From the IMG/VR virus record IMGVR_UViG_3300027733_000001: a stretch of 64,000 nt of DNA; one strand, given 5' to 3'. A program made the translations under genes and the position numbers. The notes beneath the pieces were generated by a model, which searched no databases, was not told where the DNA came from, and was given only the letters and a program-made list of their open reading frames with translations. The stretch's first letter is position 1. The number at the start of each line of letters is the position of its first letter. This stretch comes from a virus. Of this stretch, positions 7,961-16,744 are shown piece by piece.

Positions 7961-10840
7961 TTAGACTCCACCGATAAGCTTCAATGTGAGGTAATTCAGC
8001 GGGTAAGGGAGATGCAATCTAACCGACACATTCACCTTATCTTTGCTGACCGGGTCAGTATCGAGGCTCAAGATGTCTGAAGGACTGAAGCTAGTGAGCT
8101 GATTACCTGCACGCACAGTCGCTGTACTGGTAGCTCTATAGTTCAACTCTTCTGTAATAGCTGCACGAATCACTGCGAGGTTTTCTACGTTAATGTTGTA
8201 GCGTCCTACGAAAGGAGCCAACACGTCACGCAGAGCGTAACTCATACTGTCCACATTCGTAGTGATAGAATCTTCCGAGGTATTCAAGCTAGACTCATCT
8301 GTAGTGAGCTGATGTCTAACATACGGAGTACTGCCGATAACAGACTGAGTAATGAGCCAGATACCTGCAGCGGCCATAGTGTCGAGCTCATCCTGACCAA
8401 ACTCAATAACCACTTTGCTGAGGTCGTAGGCACCAAGGAACTCACTGTTAGTTAAGCCCTGGTGAGGTACGACACCCGAACGGAGGCCGGCCAGTGCTGC
8501 AGCTGCAACATAGCCAGGCTTGGACACACCCTTGCTGTCCTTGTAATAGTCAGGAAACACCACGCGAACGCGGCGATTATTGTATCCTCCACCGATTCCT
8601 GCGATGTTGCGCGCACGTTCAGCTTTGGTGTAGCTACGCACGAGCTGGACCTTCACAGAAGTGTAGGTCTGCGGGGTCGGTGTAGCGATAACGAAAGTAG
8701 TGTTGGTTACAACATGATCGACCAGATATTCATCATAAACAGGTACACCGTCAGCGTTGATGGTGAAATTAATACGCATCATGTCGTTAGGGCGGAGTTT
8801 AGTTCCACCAAACCCGTCACTTGCTAAGAAATCTGCACCTGGGACAGTAACGTAAGTTAGCTGCGTACCTAAAGCTGCAGGATTGGCTGCAACTGTAGCT
8901 GTATAGTCTGCGCCATTAGCTTTGAGGTTGTATGTAACGGCAGTAGGTTCGTCTTTGACTCCTAACCAAGCAATTCTCCAGCGGGCCACTTCAGGCGTAC
9001 TGAAAGCATTTACGTGAGACACCACAGCTTCCTGAATTTCTCTATCGAAAGTCATGGGGACAAAGCTATAAACCTTATCACTCTTTTCGGCGATCTTCAA
9101 AGCAGCTAAATAACCATCCAGATCATCTGTGGCTACAGAAATGAAATAAACGCGCTGATTGGTAGAGTTTAAAACTGCATCATATACGCCCTGAGCGATA
9201 GGGTTATCTGGATCAATAGTATTCAGCTTAGATGTAACATCTGAAGCACTATCAACATAATTAATAGCGTTGACGTTGTCCTGAAGCAAATCGCGATGTT
9301 CAACATACAGATCACCAGAAACAATCGGCAAGCGTGCAGGAAGCGCACTCGCAACCAACTTAGAATCGTAGGTTGTGATACCTGCCTTAATAGTGATTTG
9401 ATTTGCGTTCTGTACCCAGTTCTTGGTCTGGTAGAGCTGACTACGCACAGCTGGGACACTGACAGAAGTCTGCTGCAAATATAGTTTAGAGGACAAGGAA
9501 TTCTTGGCCGCTAAAATTGTAGCGTTTGTAATTGTTTCTGCCAGCACAACTGTCTTCACTGCGCCTGCTGCAGAAGCGGTAGCAGCAATATAATAAACAT
9601 CACCCTTAATCAGGGCGTTATTTGAACCATTCACAATGCTGCCTGCGGTAAACTTAGCACTGACACCGAAGCTACCAATGCTGAACACTGTATCTTTCTG
9701 AGGAAGCACAACTGTCTGTGTGTCCAGTGCAGAACCTGTGATGATAAGGCGGGCGCAGGTGTCGGCGTTTGTGGTGTCGTAAAGGGCACCACCACGATCA
9801 ACAACCAGACTGTAGACCATGTCTGTGGGTCCTGTGAATGTGCCGGACTTAACTAACGTAGAGGACGTAACAGGTACCACAGCTGCAGTTACGGTTACTG
9901 TCCAAGAAGAGCCATAAACAAATGCTCCTGTAGCTGAAGAGAAGTCGATCTTGACGCTATTTGTTCCAACGCTTTCGACAGAATTGTCGAGAGTCAATAC
10001 GCCCGAAACCAGAGCCTGATCTGTTTTTGTGGCGAAGGCCCCATTCGCAGAACTGATAGAGAACCTGCAGGTGGTCTTATCTCCTGCCCCTGAAGCTGTA
10101 GTGACTGTAACAGTATATGTATCCGCAGTAATACCTTTGGAGGCATAGCCATAATAAGCGTTAGCTGCAGAGACATAGGTAGGTGTAACATTGGTGTTGC
10201 TACCAGAAGACGCAACATAGGTAGGACCTGTATGTGCAGAAGTTAAGGTGCCTACGTTGGTAGATGCAGATGTGGCGTTGGCAATAGAAGAAGCAGTTAC
10301 ATCGGCAATCAGTTCAGTGATTCTAGCGCGAACTGTGCTAGATCCGCCGAGCACATCGATATAATCACCCACCTGCACATCGCGACCATAAAACTCTGTA
10401 GATCTAGAGTAGCCTGAAGTGGACTTAAGAACAGCGTTGGTGAATCTTACACGATTAGGGTAATAGACTCCAGAACCCGTGAAAGTCTCGATAAGAGTAA
10501 CTGTATCGTGACCTACAGTAACTCCAAGTTCAGCGTTCGGGAAATACTGAGCGATGGCGTTTTCGACGTAAACTTTAGTATATGTAGGATCTACAGCACC
10601 ACCAAGAGGAATGTTAGGAATGTCGTAGTTTGTATCTACAGCATATTGATAAGCATTGGCTGTAGTGATTGCCACACCGTTGAACAGTGTTGGGGCAGTT
10701 GTGAGCTTCTCTGCATCCACACTATAGCGAGCCAGATGATAATGTGGCCCGATAATGAACGCAGCCAAAGCGCGTGTGCTGTAGACTGGAAGCTGCTCGA
10801 ACTCCTGCTGAATCTGAACTCTGGGTGTGATGTAAGACAT
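7961..10840 (-). CDS. Contractile tail sheath protein with large insertion
   Basis: 959 aa; sheath C-terminal features (AAAALAGLRSGVVPHQGLTN, LDTMAAAGIWLITQ, VRHQLTT, NVDSMSYALRDVLAPFVGRYN, VRLHLPYPLNYLTLKL); central Thr/Ser/Gly-rich beta-strand insertion. Confidence 0.8.
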   Translation of the reverse strand: MSYITPRVQIQQEFEQLPVYSTRALAAFIIGPHYHLARYSVDAEKLTTAPTLFNGVAITTANAYQYAVDTNYDIPNIPLGGAVDPTYTKVYVENAIAQYFPNAELGVTVGHDTVTLIETFTGSGVYYPNRVRFTNAVLKSTSGYSRSTEFYGRDVQVGDYIDVLGGSSTVRARITELIADVTASSIANATSASTNVGTLTSAHTGPTYVASSGSNTNVTPTYVSAANAYYGYASKGITADTYTVTVTTASGAGDKTTCRFSISSANGAFATKTDQALVSGVLTLDNSVESVGTNSVKIDFSSATGAFVYGSSWTVTVTAAVVPVTSSTLVKSGTFTGPTDMVYSLVVDRGGALYDTTNADTCARLIITGSALDTQTVVLPQKDTVFSIGSFGVSAKFTAGSIVNGSNNALIKGDVYYIAATASAAGAVKTVVLAETITNATILAAKNSLSSKLYLQQTSVSVPAVRSQLYQTKNWVQNANQITIKAGITTYDSKLVASALPARLPIVSGDLYVEHRDLLQDNVNAINYVDSASDVTSKLNTIDPDNPIAQGVYDAVLNSTNQRVYFISVATDDLDGYLAALKIAEKSDKVYSFVPMTFDREIQEAVVSHVNAFSTPEVARWRIAWLGVKDEPTAVTYNLKANGADYTATVAANPAALGTQLTYVTVPGADFLASDGFGGTKLRPNDMMRINFTINADGVPVYDEYLVDHVVTNTTFVIATPTPQTYTSVKVQLVRSYTKAERARNIAGIGGGYNNRRVRVVFPDYYKDSKGVSKPGYVAAAALAGLRSGVVPHQGLTNSEFLGAYDLSKVVIEFGQDELDTMAAAGIWLITQSVIGSTPYVRHQLTTDESSLNTSEDSITTNVDSMSYALRDVLAPFVGRYNINVENLAVIRAAITEELNYRATSTATVRAGNQLTSFSPSDILSLDTDPVSKDKVNVSVRLHLPYPLNYLTLKLIGGV

Positions 10841-10868
10841 ATGGTTATTATTCCTCTAATTTGTATTA

Positions 10869-10897
10869 AGTTTAGTTGAAATTCTGACTGATGGCAA
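10869..10897 (-). promoter_or_regulatory. sigma70-type promoter of sheath gene
   Basis: TTGCCA-17-TAAACT, plus GAGG Shine-Dalgarno before ATG. Confidence 0.65.
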
Positions 10898-10912
10898 TTC
10901 TTTTTAGAACAT

Positions 10913-11593
10913 TTATTGACCTAACAACTGACTAGTCATGCAGTTTGTGAACACTGCGTACGAGACAGTCTTAAGCTTCAAATCATCCCCCTTAATCACT
11001 GCCCCCATGTCAAATACTGACTGTAGTAGGACATTAACTACGAAGTGATCTTTACTCTCTAAGTATAATGTAGGTTCGCTTAGCGATACCAGCTTTAATT
11101 GGCGCAAACAAAAGTCATTTTTTATAACTTCTTGATAGCGTAAGAAGACCTTGAAAACATACTCTGCAAGCTGTTCTGTAAAGCCTACGTTGGTAGCAAC
11201 AACAGCAAGATTCACAGGCATCTCCAGCATGGCATATCTTGACTTCTCCGACTCCTTGGGATTGCTACCTATCAGCTGGTTGAGAGTGGGAAATCTGAAA
11301 GTTGTTTCGCCTCTAGAAACGTATATGCCTGGTCTTTTCTGGATAACTGTATCTTTATAATGATAAGCTATTTCTAAAGAAATATCTGACTCTAAATCGT
11401 CTGGATTATATTTCTGAGTAAATGCATACCCTTCGTTTTGCGGAGGGTTTGCGGTCATGTAGTTCTTCAGAACCTCATAACAGATATTTTGCACCGTCCA
11501 AGGGGTCAATACCATTTCATGCGCATCTCTCGCATCCCATTCTCTTTCCTGAGGTGTAGGTTCAATGCCTGGCGTACAAAGCAACGTAGTCAT
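10913..11593 (-). CDS. Tail terminator / neck protein
   Basis: 226 aa between head-closure-like gene and sheath; QKRPGIYVSRG motif and alternating strands typical of tail-completion proteins. Confidence 0.5.
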   Translation of the reverse strand: MTTLLCTPGIEPTPQEREWDARDAHEMVLTPWTVQNICYEVLKNYMTANPPQNEGYAFTQKYNPDDLESDISLEIAYHYKDTVIQKRPGIYVSRGETTFRFPTLNQLIGSNPKESEKSRYAMLEMPVNLAVVATNVGFTEQLAEYVFKVFLRYQEVIKNDFCLRQLKLVSLSEPTLYLESKDHFVVNVLLQSVFDMGAVIKGDDLKLKTVSYAVFTNCMTSQLLGQ

Positions 11594-11597
11594 ATAG

Positions 11598-12416
11598 CTA
11601 GACTGGAATAGGGATGGGTATGCTGTAGGTCGAATCTGTGTTAGGTATCAGATTGATTGTTGCACGTTGCGTTAGAGTGATATTTGTTCCTGGGAACTGC
11701 TTGGCGCCTCTTGACTGAACGCTATACCTATAGCCGTCTCGTGCTTCACATATAATATCTCTTACTTCAATGATAGGATAGCCTGGCAGGCGTATTTGAG
11801 ATACATAGTTTTCTTTAACTCCAAGACCATGAGGGTCGAGCTGTTTGTCTTGTGTAGAATTATCTACATAGAATAGACACGGAACAGGTGCGAAATATCC
11901 TCCGTCTACACCCACCCCATAGTCTTCATTCTTTGTATCTGCTATAGGTACGCCTGAGACAGGATCTACATATTTTGAAGTAGAGGCGCTCCTTGTGCCG
12001 TAGGACTTTCTGCGTAACAACCAACCTTCTGTACCTACATACCTAGCTAGAAGTATTTCTTTCCTAGTTATTTCTGCAGCCATCGCATATTTGCGGGCGT
12101 CATGTCTGGTAGAACCAAACAGGACAGGCTGGGAATAGTATTTCTTACCGTTAGCTGTAGTAAGCCTTATCCTGTACAGATAATTGGGTGTCCAAGACTG
12201 TTTGATTTTTGTATCGTCTACAGCAAAAAACACATCGCCCAGATTGTCTTTAACTGCCGCTATTTCTGAAAAATCTATAGTTTCAGATATTTCTAGCGCA
12301 AAGTTATATGGTCTAGTTCCTCTAAAAAAAGGATCTAGCTGCCATTGTATAAAATGCCCTCGTACCCAGTCGGGTATTACATCAATTTTTCTAAAGACTT
12401 TTCTAGGATCGTACAT
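11598..12416 (-). CDS. Head closure / neck protein
   Basis: 272 aa downstream of adaptor; FN3-like N-terminus (IQWQLDP...YLYRIRL) and C-terminal GYPIIEVRDIICEARDGYRYSV. Confidence 0.45.
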   Translation of the reverse strand: MYDPRKVFRKIDVIPDWVRGHFIQWQLDPFFRGTRPYNFALEISETIDFSEIAAVKDNLGDVFFAVDDTKIKQSWTPNYLYRIRLTTANGKKYYSQPVLFGSTRHDARKYAMAAEITRKEILLARYVGTEGWLLRRKSYGTRSASTSKYVDPVSGVPIADTKNEDYGVGVDGGYFAPVPCLFYVDNSTQDKQLDPHGLGVKENYVSQIRLPGYPIIEVRDIICEARDGYRYSVQSRGAKQFPGTNITLTQRATINLIPNTDSTYSIPIPIPV

Positions 12417-12564
12417 CTTGGTTCCAGTTGACCAGCTTTTTAAGCTTTCTACGTTGTCTGTAGAAAGTTCTCTTCAACTTAAAAGTAGTCTTATGCTTAA
12501 GGGTAGAGATTAACTCTCCTAGCGTATTAAGCTGCTGCGTTAATGATTGTTGTTGCTGACTCAT
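12403..12564 (-). CDS. Small basic hypothetical protein (53 aa), not in ORF track
   Basis: TAATG coupling to adaptor stop; MSQQQQSLTQQLNTLGELISTLKHKTTFKLKRTFYRQRRKLKKLVNWNQDVRS fills the intergenic gap. Confidence 0.5.
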   Translation of the reverse strand: MSQQQQSLTQQLNTLGELISTLKHKTTFKLKRTFYRQRRKLKKLVNWNQDVRS

Positions 12565-13010
12565 TAGTATCGACGTCTGTAGATATATTCCGAGTGCTTG
12601 ACTCCATAGATCTGGGCAATGTTTTGATTCATTTTGATCTGCTGCCCAAGCTCTTTAAATTCCTGCTGCAAATCTTTTGAAAGAGACATGAATATCTGAG
12701 CCTTGTCTTTGTCGTTTACCTGTACCCCGTCCGCTGCGTATGTAAGCTGATTGGCTGCCTCGTTGATAGAGCTAGAGCGCAGTAGATAGGCGGCTGTACC
12801 CAAAAGTAGCAGTGAGCGGTATGGAAAGTTTTCCAGACTATACATCGTACCTATAGGCGGATTCATCAAGTTATAGTAATCTACAGTATTGATCATTGCC
12901 TGCTCGATCATTTCTGGAGTGAACCTAATACCTAACAGCAAAGTATTCAATTCTTCTCTGTCCTGCAAAAACAGCCTAACCTCTTCACTAGTTAATATAG
13001 GGCTAGCCAT
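12564..13010 (-). CDS. Head-tail adaptor (neck) protein
   Basis: 148 aa helical (EEVRLFLQD...FTPEMIEQAM...LLLLGTAAYLLRS), typical adaptor position downstream of capsid gene. Confidence 0.6.
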   Translation of the reverse strand: MASPILTSEEVRLFLQDREELNTLLLGIRFTPEMIEQAMINTVDYYNLMNPPIGTMYSLENFPYRSLLLLGTAAYLLRSSSINEAANQLTYAADGVQVNDKDKAQIFMSLSKDLQQEFKELGQQIKMNQNIAQIYGVKHSEYIYRRRY

Positions 13011-13013
13011 AAT

Positions 13014-13385
13014 TTATTTTTTTGTAGAAGGATTGAAGCTTGTGGCCTTCATCGGTTTGCTTGTGTTTGTGCTAGGTTTTGGAGTCTGAGTAGGTGCGTA
13101 ATTATTAGCCTGCGGTAACCCACCTATCCTAGGAGGACTAGCGGAGACTACGGTAGGAGATACTAGCGATGAGGTTTGATTTTGGTTTGTGGCGGTAGTG
13201 GGCGCCTGCATTTGAGGTGCAGCAGTTATGGTTGTGGCTGCTGGGGGTTGCTGCACCTTAGGTATTGCTGCCGCTGTTGGAGTTTGTTGTGCTCCTGACA
13301 TTACTGAGGGTGCCGGAGCTTGCACCACTACCGCAGACTTCTCAAGAAAAGCTGTAAACTCCGCCAATATATTATCGCTACTCAT
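13014..13385 (-). CDS. Pro/Thr/Ala/Gln-rich low-complexity K-x-A protein
   Basis: Start revised to ATG 13385, 6 nt after TATAAT; MSSDNILAEFTAFLEKSA then disordered P/T/A/Q tail. Confidence 0.6.
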   Translation of the reverse strand: MSSDNILAEFTAFLEKSAVVVQAPAPSVMSGAQQTPTAAAIPKVQQPPAATTITAAPQMQAPTTATNQNQTSSLVSPTVVSASPPRIGGLPQANNYAPTQTPKPSTNTSKPMKATSFNPSTKK

Positions 13386-13391
13386 GTTCAT

Positions 13392-13420
13392 ATTATAAAT
13401 AATAAACTCTACGATATCAA
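13392..13420 (-). promoter_or_regulatory. sigma70-type promoter, probably leaderless transcript
   Basis: TTGATA-17-TATAAT-6-ATG. Confidence 0.7.
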
Positions 13421-13436
13421 GAGCCATGTAGGCAAT

Positions 13437-13464
13437 AAAAAGGGGACCCGAAGGCCCCCTTTTT
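13437..13464 (-). terminator. Intrinsic terminator after major capsid gene
   Basis: GGGGGCC-TTCG-GGTCCCC-TTTTT (UUCG tetraloop). Confidence 0.85.
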
Positions 13465-13488
13465 GTTATCTGAGTAGTTATTTAAACC

Positions 13489-14463
13489 TTAGCCGTTGAA
13501 GTCGACCTTCACGACACCCTTCACGTTACCGATGGCAAGTGAGAGGTTCATGTACTGGAAGTATTCCAGGAAGTAGGCTTCATTCTTCATGAACACGGTG
13601 AGCGGCTGCAGTCTGTAGTACTTGCCGAAGAATTCTTCGGAAGAGAACAGGTAGATCACGCCGTCAGGAACGAGATCACGCTTGATCGTGTAGATAGGCT
13701 TCACACCCAAGAGAGTCTTGGAAGGAAGACCGTTTACCCACATTTCCTGTGCGAGATCGCCACCAACTTCGCTACGGCTCATCTTGACGAAATCGTCAGC
13801 AGTAACGTTGTTCATGAGCATCACACCTTTGGTTTCTCCACCATCAGGCTGAGAAGGACCAAAGGGAACCTTAAGGCGCTTGATAACCTTAAAGGCTTCT
13901 GCGACGTTTTCGCGGGTGATGCCGCCAGAGATGCCGACGTGCTGGGGAAGGTTGAGTCCGTTGATGGACACACCGTTCGCCATATTTACAGCGTTCTTCG
14001 TGCCGACGATGCTGTCGACGCGGGCCATGAAACGCGTATCGATTTCAGTTGCGATGTCCTTGGTGGACAACTCAAGCATGATCGCACGGATATCATAGTC
14101 ATAGCTGCGGAGCTGATCGATATCCTTGTTATACTTCGGACTCGTGATGCGAGTGAAGTAGGAAGGATAACGTGTACCATTGAACTGATACATATCAGGC
14201 ACAACACCGAGAGGGATAGTTACTGCAGGGGCAGTATCAGGCTCACGGTCATTCCACTTGACGAGCAGTTCAGGGTTTTCAGCCTTGTCGAGATCATCAT
14301 TAGCGATGTCGATAGGGGTGAGGATTTTTTCAGTGAAGCTTTCTTCACGAAGCTTCATGCGGGTGAAAGACTGCGCGCTGACAGCGGCCTTCTTTTCTTC
14401 ACCAGCCTTTACCATCTCAAGGAAGGTATCATTAAACACTCTCTGATTTGCAATTTTTTCCAT
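13489..14463 (-). CDS. Major capsid protein (HK97 fold probable)
   Basis: 324 aa with strongly biased codons, followed by terminator; MCP-like segments (RMKLREESFTEKILTP, ITSPKYNKDIDQL, STKDIATEIDTRF, C-terminal GNVKGVVKVDF); protease-scaffold-decoration-capsid-adaptor order. Confidence 0.8.
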   Translation of the reverse strand: MEKIANQRVFNDTFLEMVKAGEEKKAAVSAQSFTRMKLREESFTEKILTPIDIANDDLDKAENPELLVKWNDREPDTAPAVTIPLGVVPDMYQFNGTRYPSYFTRITSPKYNKDIDQLRSYDYDIRAIMLELSTKDIATEIDTRFMARVDSIVGTKNAVNMANGVSINGLNLPQHVGISGGITRENVAEAFKVIKRLKVPFGPSQPDGGETKGVMLMNNVTADDFVKMSRSEVGGDLAQEMWVNGLPSKTLLGVKPIYTIKRDLVPDGVIYLFSSEEFFGKYYRLQPLTVFMKNEAYFLEYFQYMNLSLAIGNVKGVVKVDFNG

Positions 14464-14484
14464 ATAATTATTCCTTGTTTAAAC

Positions 14485-15021
14485 TTAGATAGCCAATTTG
14501 ATGCTGATGACGCTGACGGAGGTCTGGAAGTTACCGGTACCGAATGCGGCGGTTGCTTTGTTTTCAAGGACGTGAGCAGCTTCCACGACCTGACCAATGA
14601 TTTTGGATGTAGGGTCGTTTGCAGTCTGTGCGTCAGCAACAGAAGCACTAGCATCTGTAAGAGCCACAAGCTGACCAGCAGCATTTGTGGTGACATACTG
14701 ACCTACTGTAGGTGTGCCAGTGTACTGATCGGTTTCGATCACGGTAGCGCCGTCAAGGGCATAGATACCGATTTTACCAGATTCGATAACATCGCCAGAT
14801 GTGCTGCTGTTGATAGCGATACCATAGACAGCGCCAGAGGCCAAGTTACCTAAACCTGATGTAATTGTGCCGCCGGAACCATTGCTGAATCCGCGATAGG
14901 CCAAACCATCAGCTGCACTAATTCTAACTACCATACCAGCCGTGATAGACTCAGGGCCGACAGGTGCCACGTAGTTTGTCTGATGCAAACTAAGGGCAGA
15001 TCCTTTTTTGAAATTAATCAT
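14485..15021 (-). CDS. Capsid decoration/cement protein
   Basis: 178 aa small-residue beta protein just upstream of MCP (GKIGIYALDGATVIETDQY...VGQYVTTNAAGQLV); AAGGAG SD. Confidence 0.6.
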   Translation of the reverse strand: MINFKKGSALSLHQTNYVAPVGPESITAGMVVRISAADGLAYRGFSNGSGGTITSGLGNLASGAVYGIAINSSTSGDVIESGKIGIYALDGATVIETDQYTGTPTVGQYVTTNAAGQLVALTDASASVADAQTANDPTSKIIGQVVEAAHVLENKATAAFGTGNFQTSVSVISIKLAI

Positions 15022-15126
15022 ACTAAATTACTCCTTATTGTTTTGTTGTTGATTTTGTTTTTGTGCTTCCCACCCCGAGCACCGGCCAAGGTCGTTTCGG
15101 AAATGTTCTGCGAAAGTTATATTAAT

Positions 15127-15155
15127 ATTGTCGGTAAAAAAGCTGCTTTAGTCAA
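15127..15155 (-). promoter_or_regulatory. sigma70-type promoter of decoration-capsid operon
   Basis: TTGACT-17-GACAAT, about 100-nt leader. Confidence 0.5.
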
Positions 15156-15163
15156 CAATATTT

Positions 15164-15568
15164 TTAAAATTCATTATCTGTATCCAGCAGATTGTAGTTA
15201 CCTCCAAGACCGAAAGCTCGACGCATGACTGGGTCCTCAGACTGCGTGGAAGATTTGACGGTAGCTACTTTACCCATATAAGCCACATCGGCAGCATTAC
15301 ATACACGTTCAACTACCTGAGCCAAATATTTAGAATCTTCCTTGGCCTTCTTCACAAACAACGACTTTTCTTCTTCGTCGTTAATGAAGTCTGAGTTGTA
15401 CATGGCTTCTGCAGCCTTTTTAAGTACAGCGTCTAATTCACGATCTTCTTGAGCCAAATCTGCAGCTTGTTTAACTTGAATTGAAGTTAGCTTGTGTTGC
15501 AGATCTGTAATTTCTGCTAGAGCAACTTTAACAAACTCTTCAATCTTGTGTAGTGCTTGTTTGGTCAT
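15164..15568 (-). CDS. Scaffold-like K-x-A protein
   Basis: 134 aa coiled coil, MTKQA...KVA...KQAA...KKAA. Confidence 0.6.
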   Translation of the reverse strand: MTKQALHKIEEFVKVALAEITDLQHKLTSIQVKQAADLAQEDRELDAVLKKAAEAMYNSDFINDEEEKSLFVKKAKEDSKYLAQVVERVCNAADVAYMGKVATVKSSTQSEDPVMRRAFGLGGNYNLLDTDNEF

Positions 15569-15726
15569 TTTTTGCGTTCTCTAAAGTTATTAAACTGGCG
15601 ATGTATTCTAGCACCTTACGTTTATCCTCATCATCAAGATGAGCTAGTGCTTTAACTGACTGTTGCTCCACAGTAGGCATATAGTAACTATGGAGCAACA
15701 GCGGTTAACACAAACACCAATACAAA

Positions 15727-16689
15727 TTACTTAGCGTCGCCTGCGGCGATTTCAGACTTGAGCTTATCCAAGACTGTATCGGCAACAGAAGAAGCCAACT
15801 TGGCCTGATAGGCCTCAGTAGCCTGCTCAGCTTCGGCCTGCTTGAAGAAGCTTTCGTATTCAGCGAGCTTAGCTTTGAGCTGCTCATTTTCTGTGGCTGC
15901 TTCTTCGAGGGCGGCCTGCTTCAAGATGTTTTCAAAATCGGAAGCACCAGCGGCTTCGGCTTGTTCAAGAGCAGCCTGCTTTTCAACGATTTCGTCAAAA
16001 TAAGCATAACCAGCGGCTTCGGCTTCTTCGAGAGCGGCCTGCTTTTCAGTGCCTTCGAGATCTTCAGCAGCCTGAGCGATCAGGATGTCAAAATCACGAC
16101 GACCTGCTTCCTTCATAAGCGCGATGTCTTCAGAATCTTCCTGTGTTCCGGCGGCTTTAAGTAAGGCGGCGCAGAATTGACGACCCAATTCATAAGAAGC
16201 AACCTTGGCGGCAAGGTCTTCAACTTCAGAAGCCTTTTTAGCAGAAGCTAAAGGCTTCGAGGAATCAGTGGAGTCTTTCTGTCCATAATCCTGCTTGTTT
16301 TTGTCGGCTTTCACAGAATTTTTGTCGACCTTTTCCTGTTCATCACTAACGCTTTCTGCGTTGTTTGTGTTAGGTCCACCGTCGACAGAAGACTGAGCTT
16401 CGGCCTGCTTACGGATCAAGTCGAGAATCTCTGCACCGAGATCGCCAGCAGACTTGGTGCTGGAGACAGGCTTAGAGGGGTCGTCGGAGGGTTTCTGATG
16501 ATATCCCTGGGCAACATTCTCAGGACCGACAGAGTTCTTGTTAGTGGTTTCATGCTCGTCACTCACGCTGGTAGGTTTTGTATCAGCGCCTGGAGTACCA
16601 GAAATGTTTTTCTGGGCTTCTTCAGCTTGCTTCTTCACCATACTGTGAAGCTGTGTGAGTACTGCGGCATGTTTAGTTAATTTGGCCAT
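15727..16689 (-). CDS. Capsid scaffold / internal head protein with repeats
   Basis: 320 aa acidic coiled coil upstream of MCP; two similar units of about 60 aa and three KQAALE repeats; AGGAG SD. Confidence 0.6.
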   Translation of the reverse strand: MAKLTKHAAVLTQLHSMVKKQAEEAQKNISGTPGADTKPTSVSDEHETTNKNSVGPENVAQGYHQKPSDDPSKPVSSTKSAGDLGAEILDLIRKQAEAQSSVDGGPNTNNAESVSDEQEKVDKNSVKADKNKQDYGQKDSTDSSKPLASAKKASEVEDLAAKVASYELGRQFCAALLKAAGTQEDSEDIALMKEAGRRDFDILIAQAAEDLEGTEKQAALEEAEAAGYAYFDEIVEKQAALEQAEAAGASDFENILKQAALEEAATENEQLKAKLAEYESFFKQAEAEQATEAYQAKLASSVADTVLDKLKSEIAAGDAK

Positions 16690-16710
16690 ATTTATCTCCT
16701 AATTTTTTGA

Positions 16711-16739
16711 ATTTTATATTGGGTTAGTGTTGTTGTAAA
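16711..16739 (-). promoter_or_regulatory. sigma70-type promoter
   Basis: TTTACA-17-TAAAAT. Confidence 0.6.
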
Positions 16740-16744
16740 CTATT

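Noticed and set aside
112-13010. eCIS, T6SS or tailocin rather than phage
   Set aside because: Capsid, decoration, protease, neck and phage metabolic genes are all present
13939-14853. 304-aa plus-strand ORF
   Set aside because: Antisense shadow of the codon-biased capsid and decoration genes; no motif or start context
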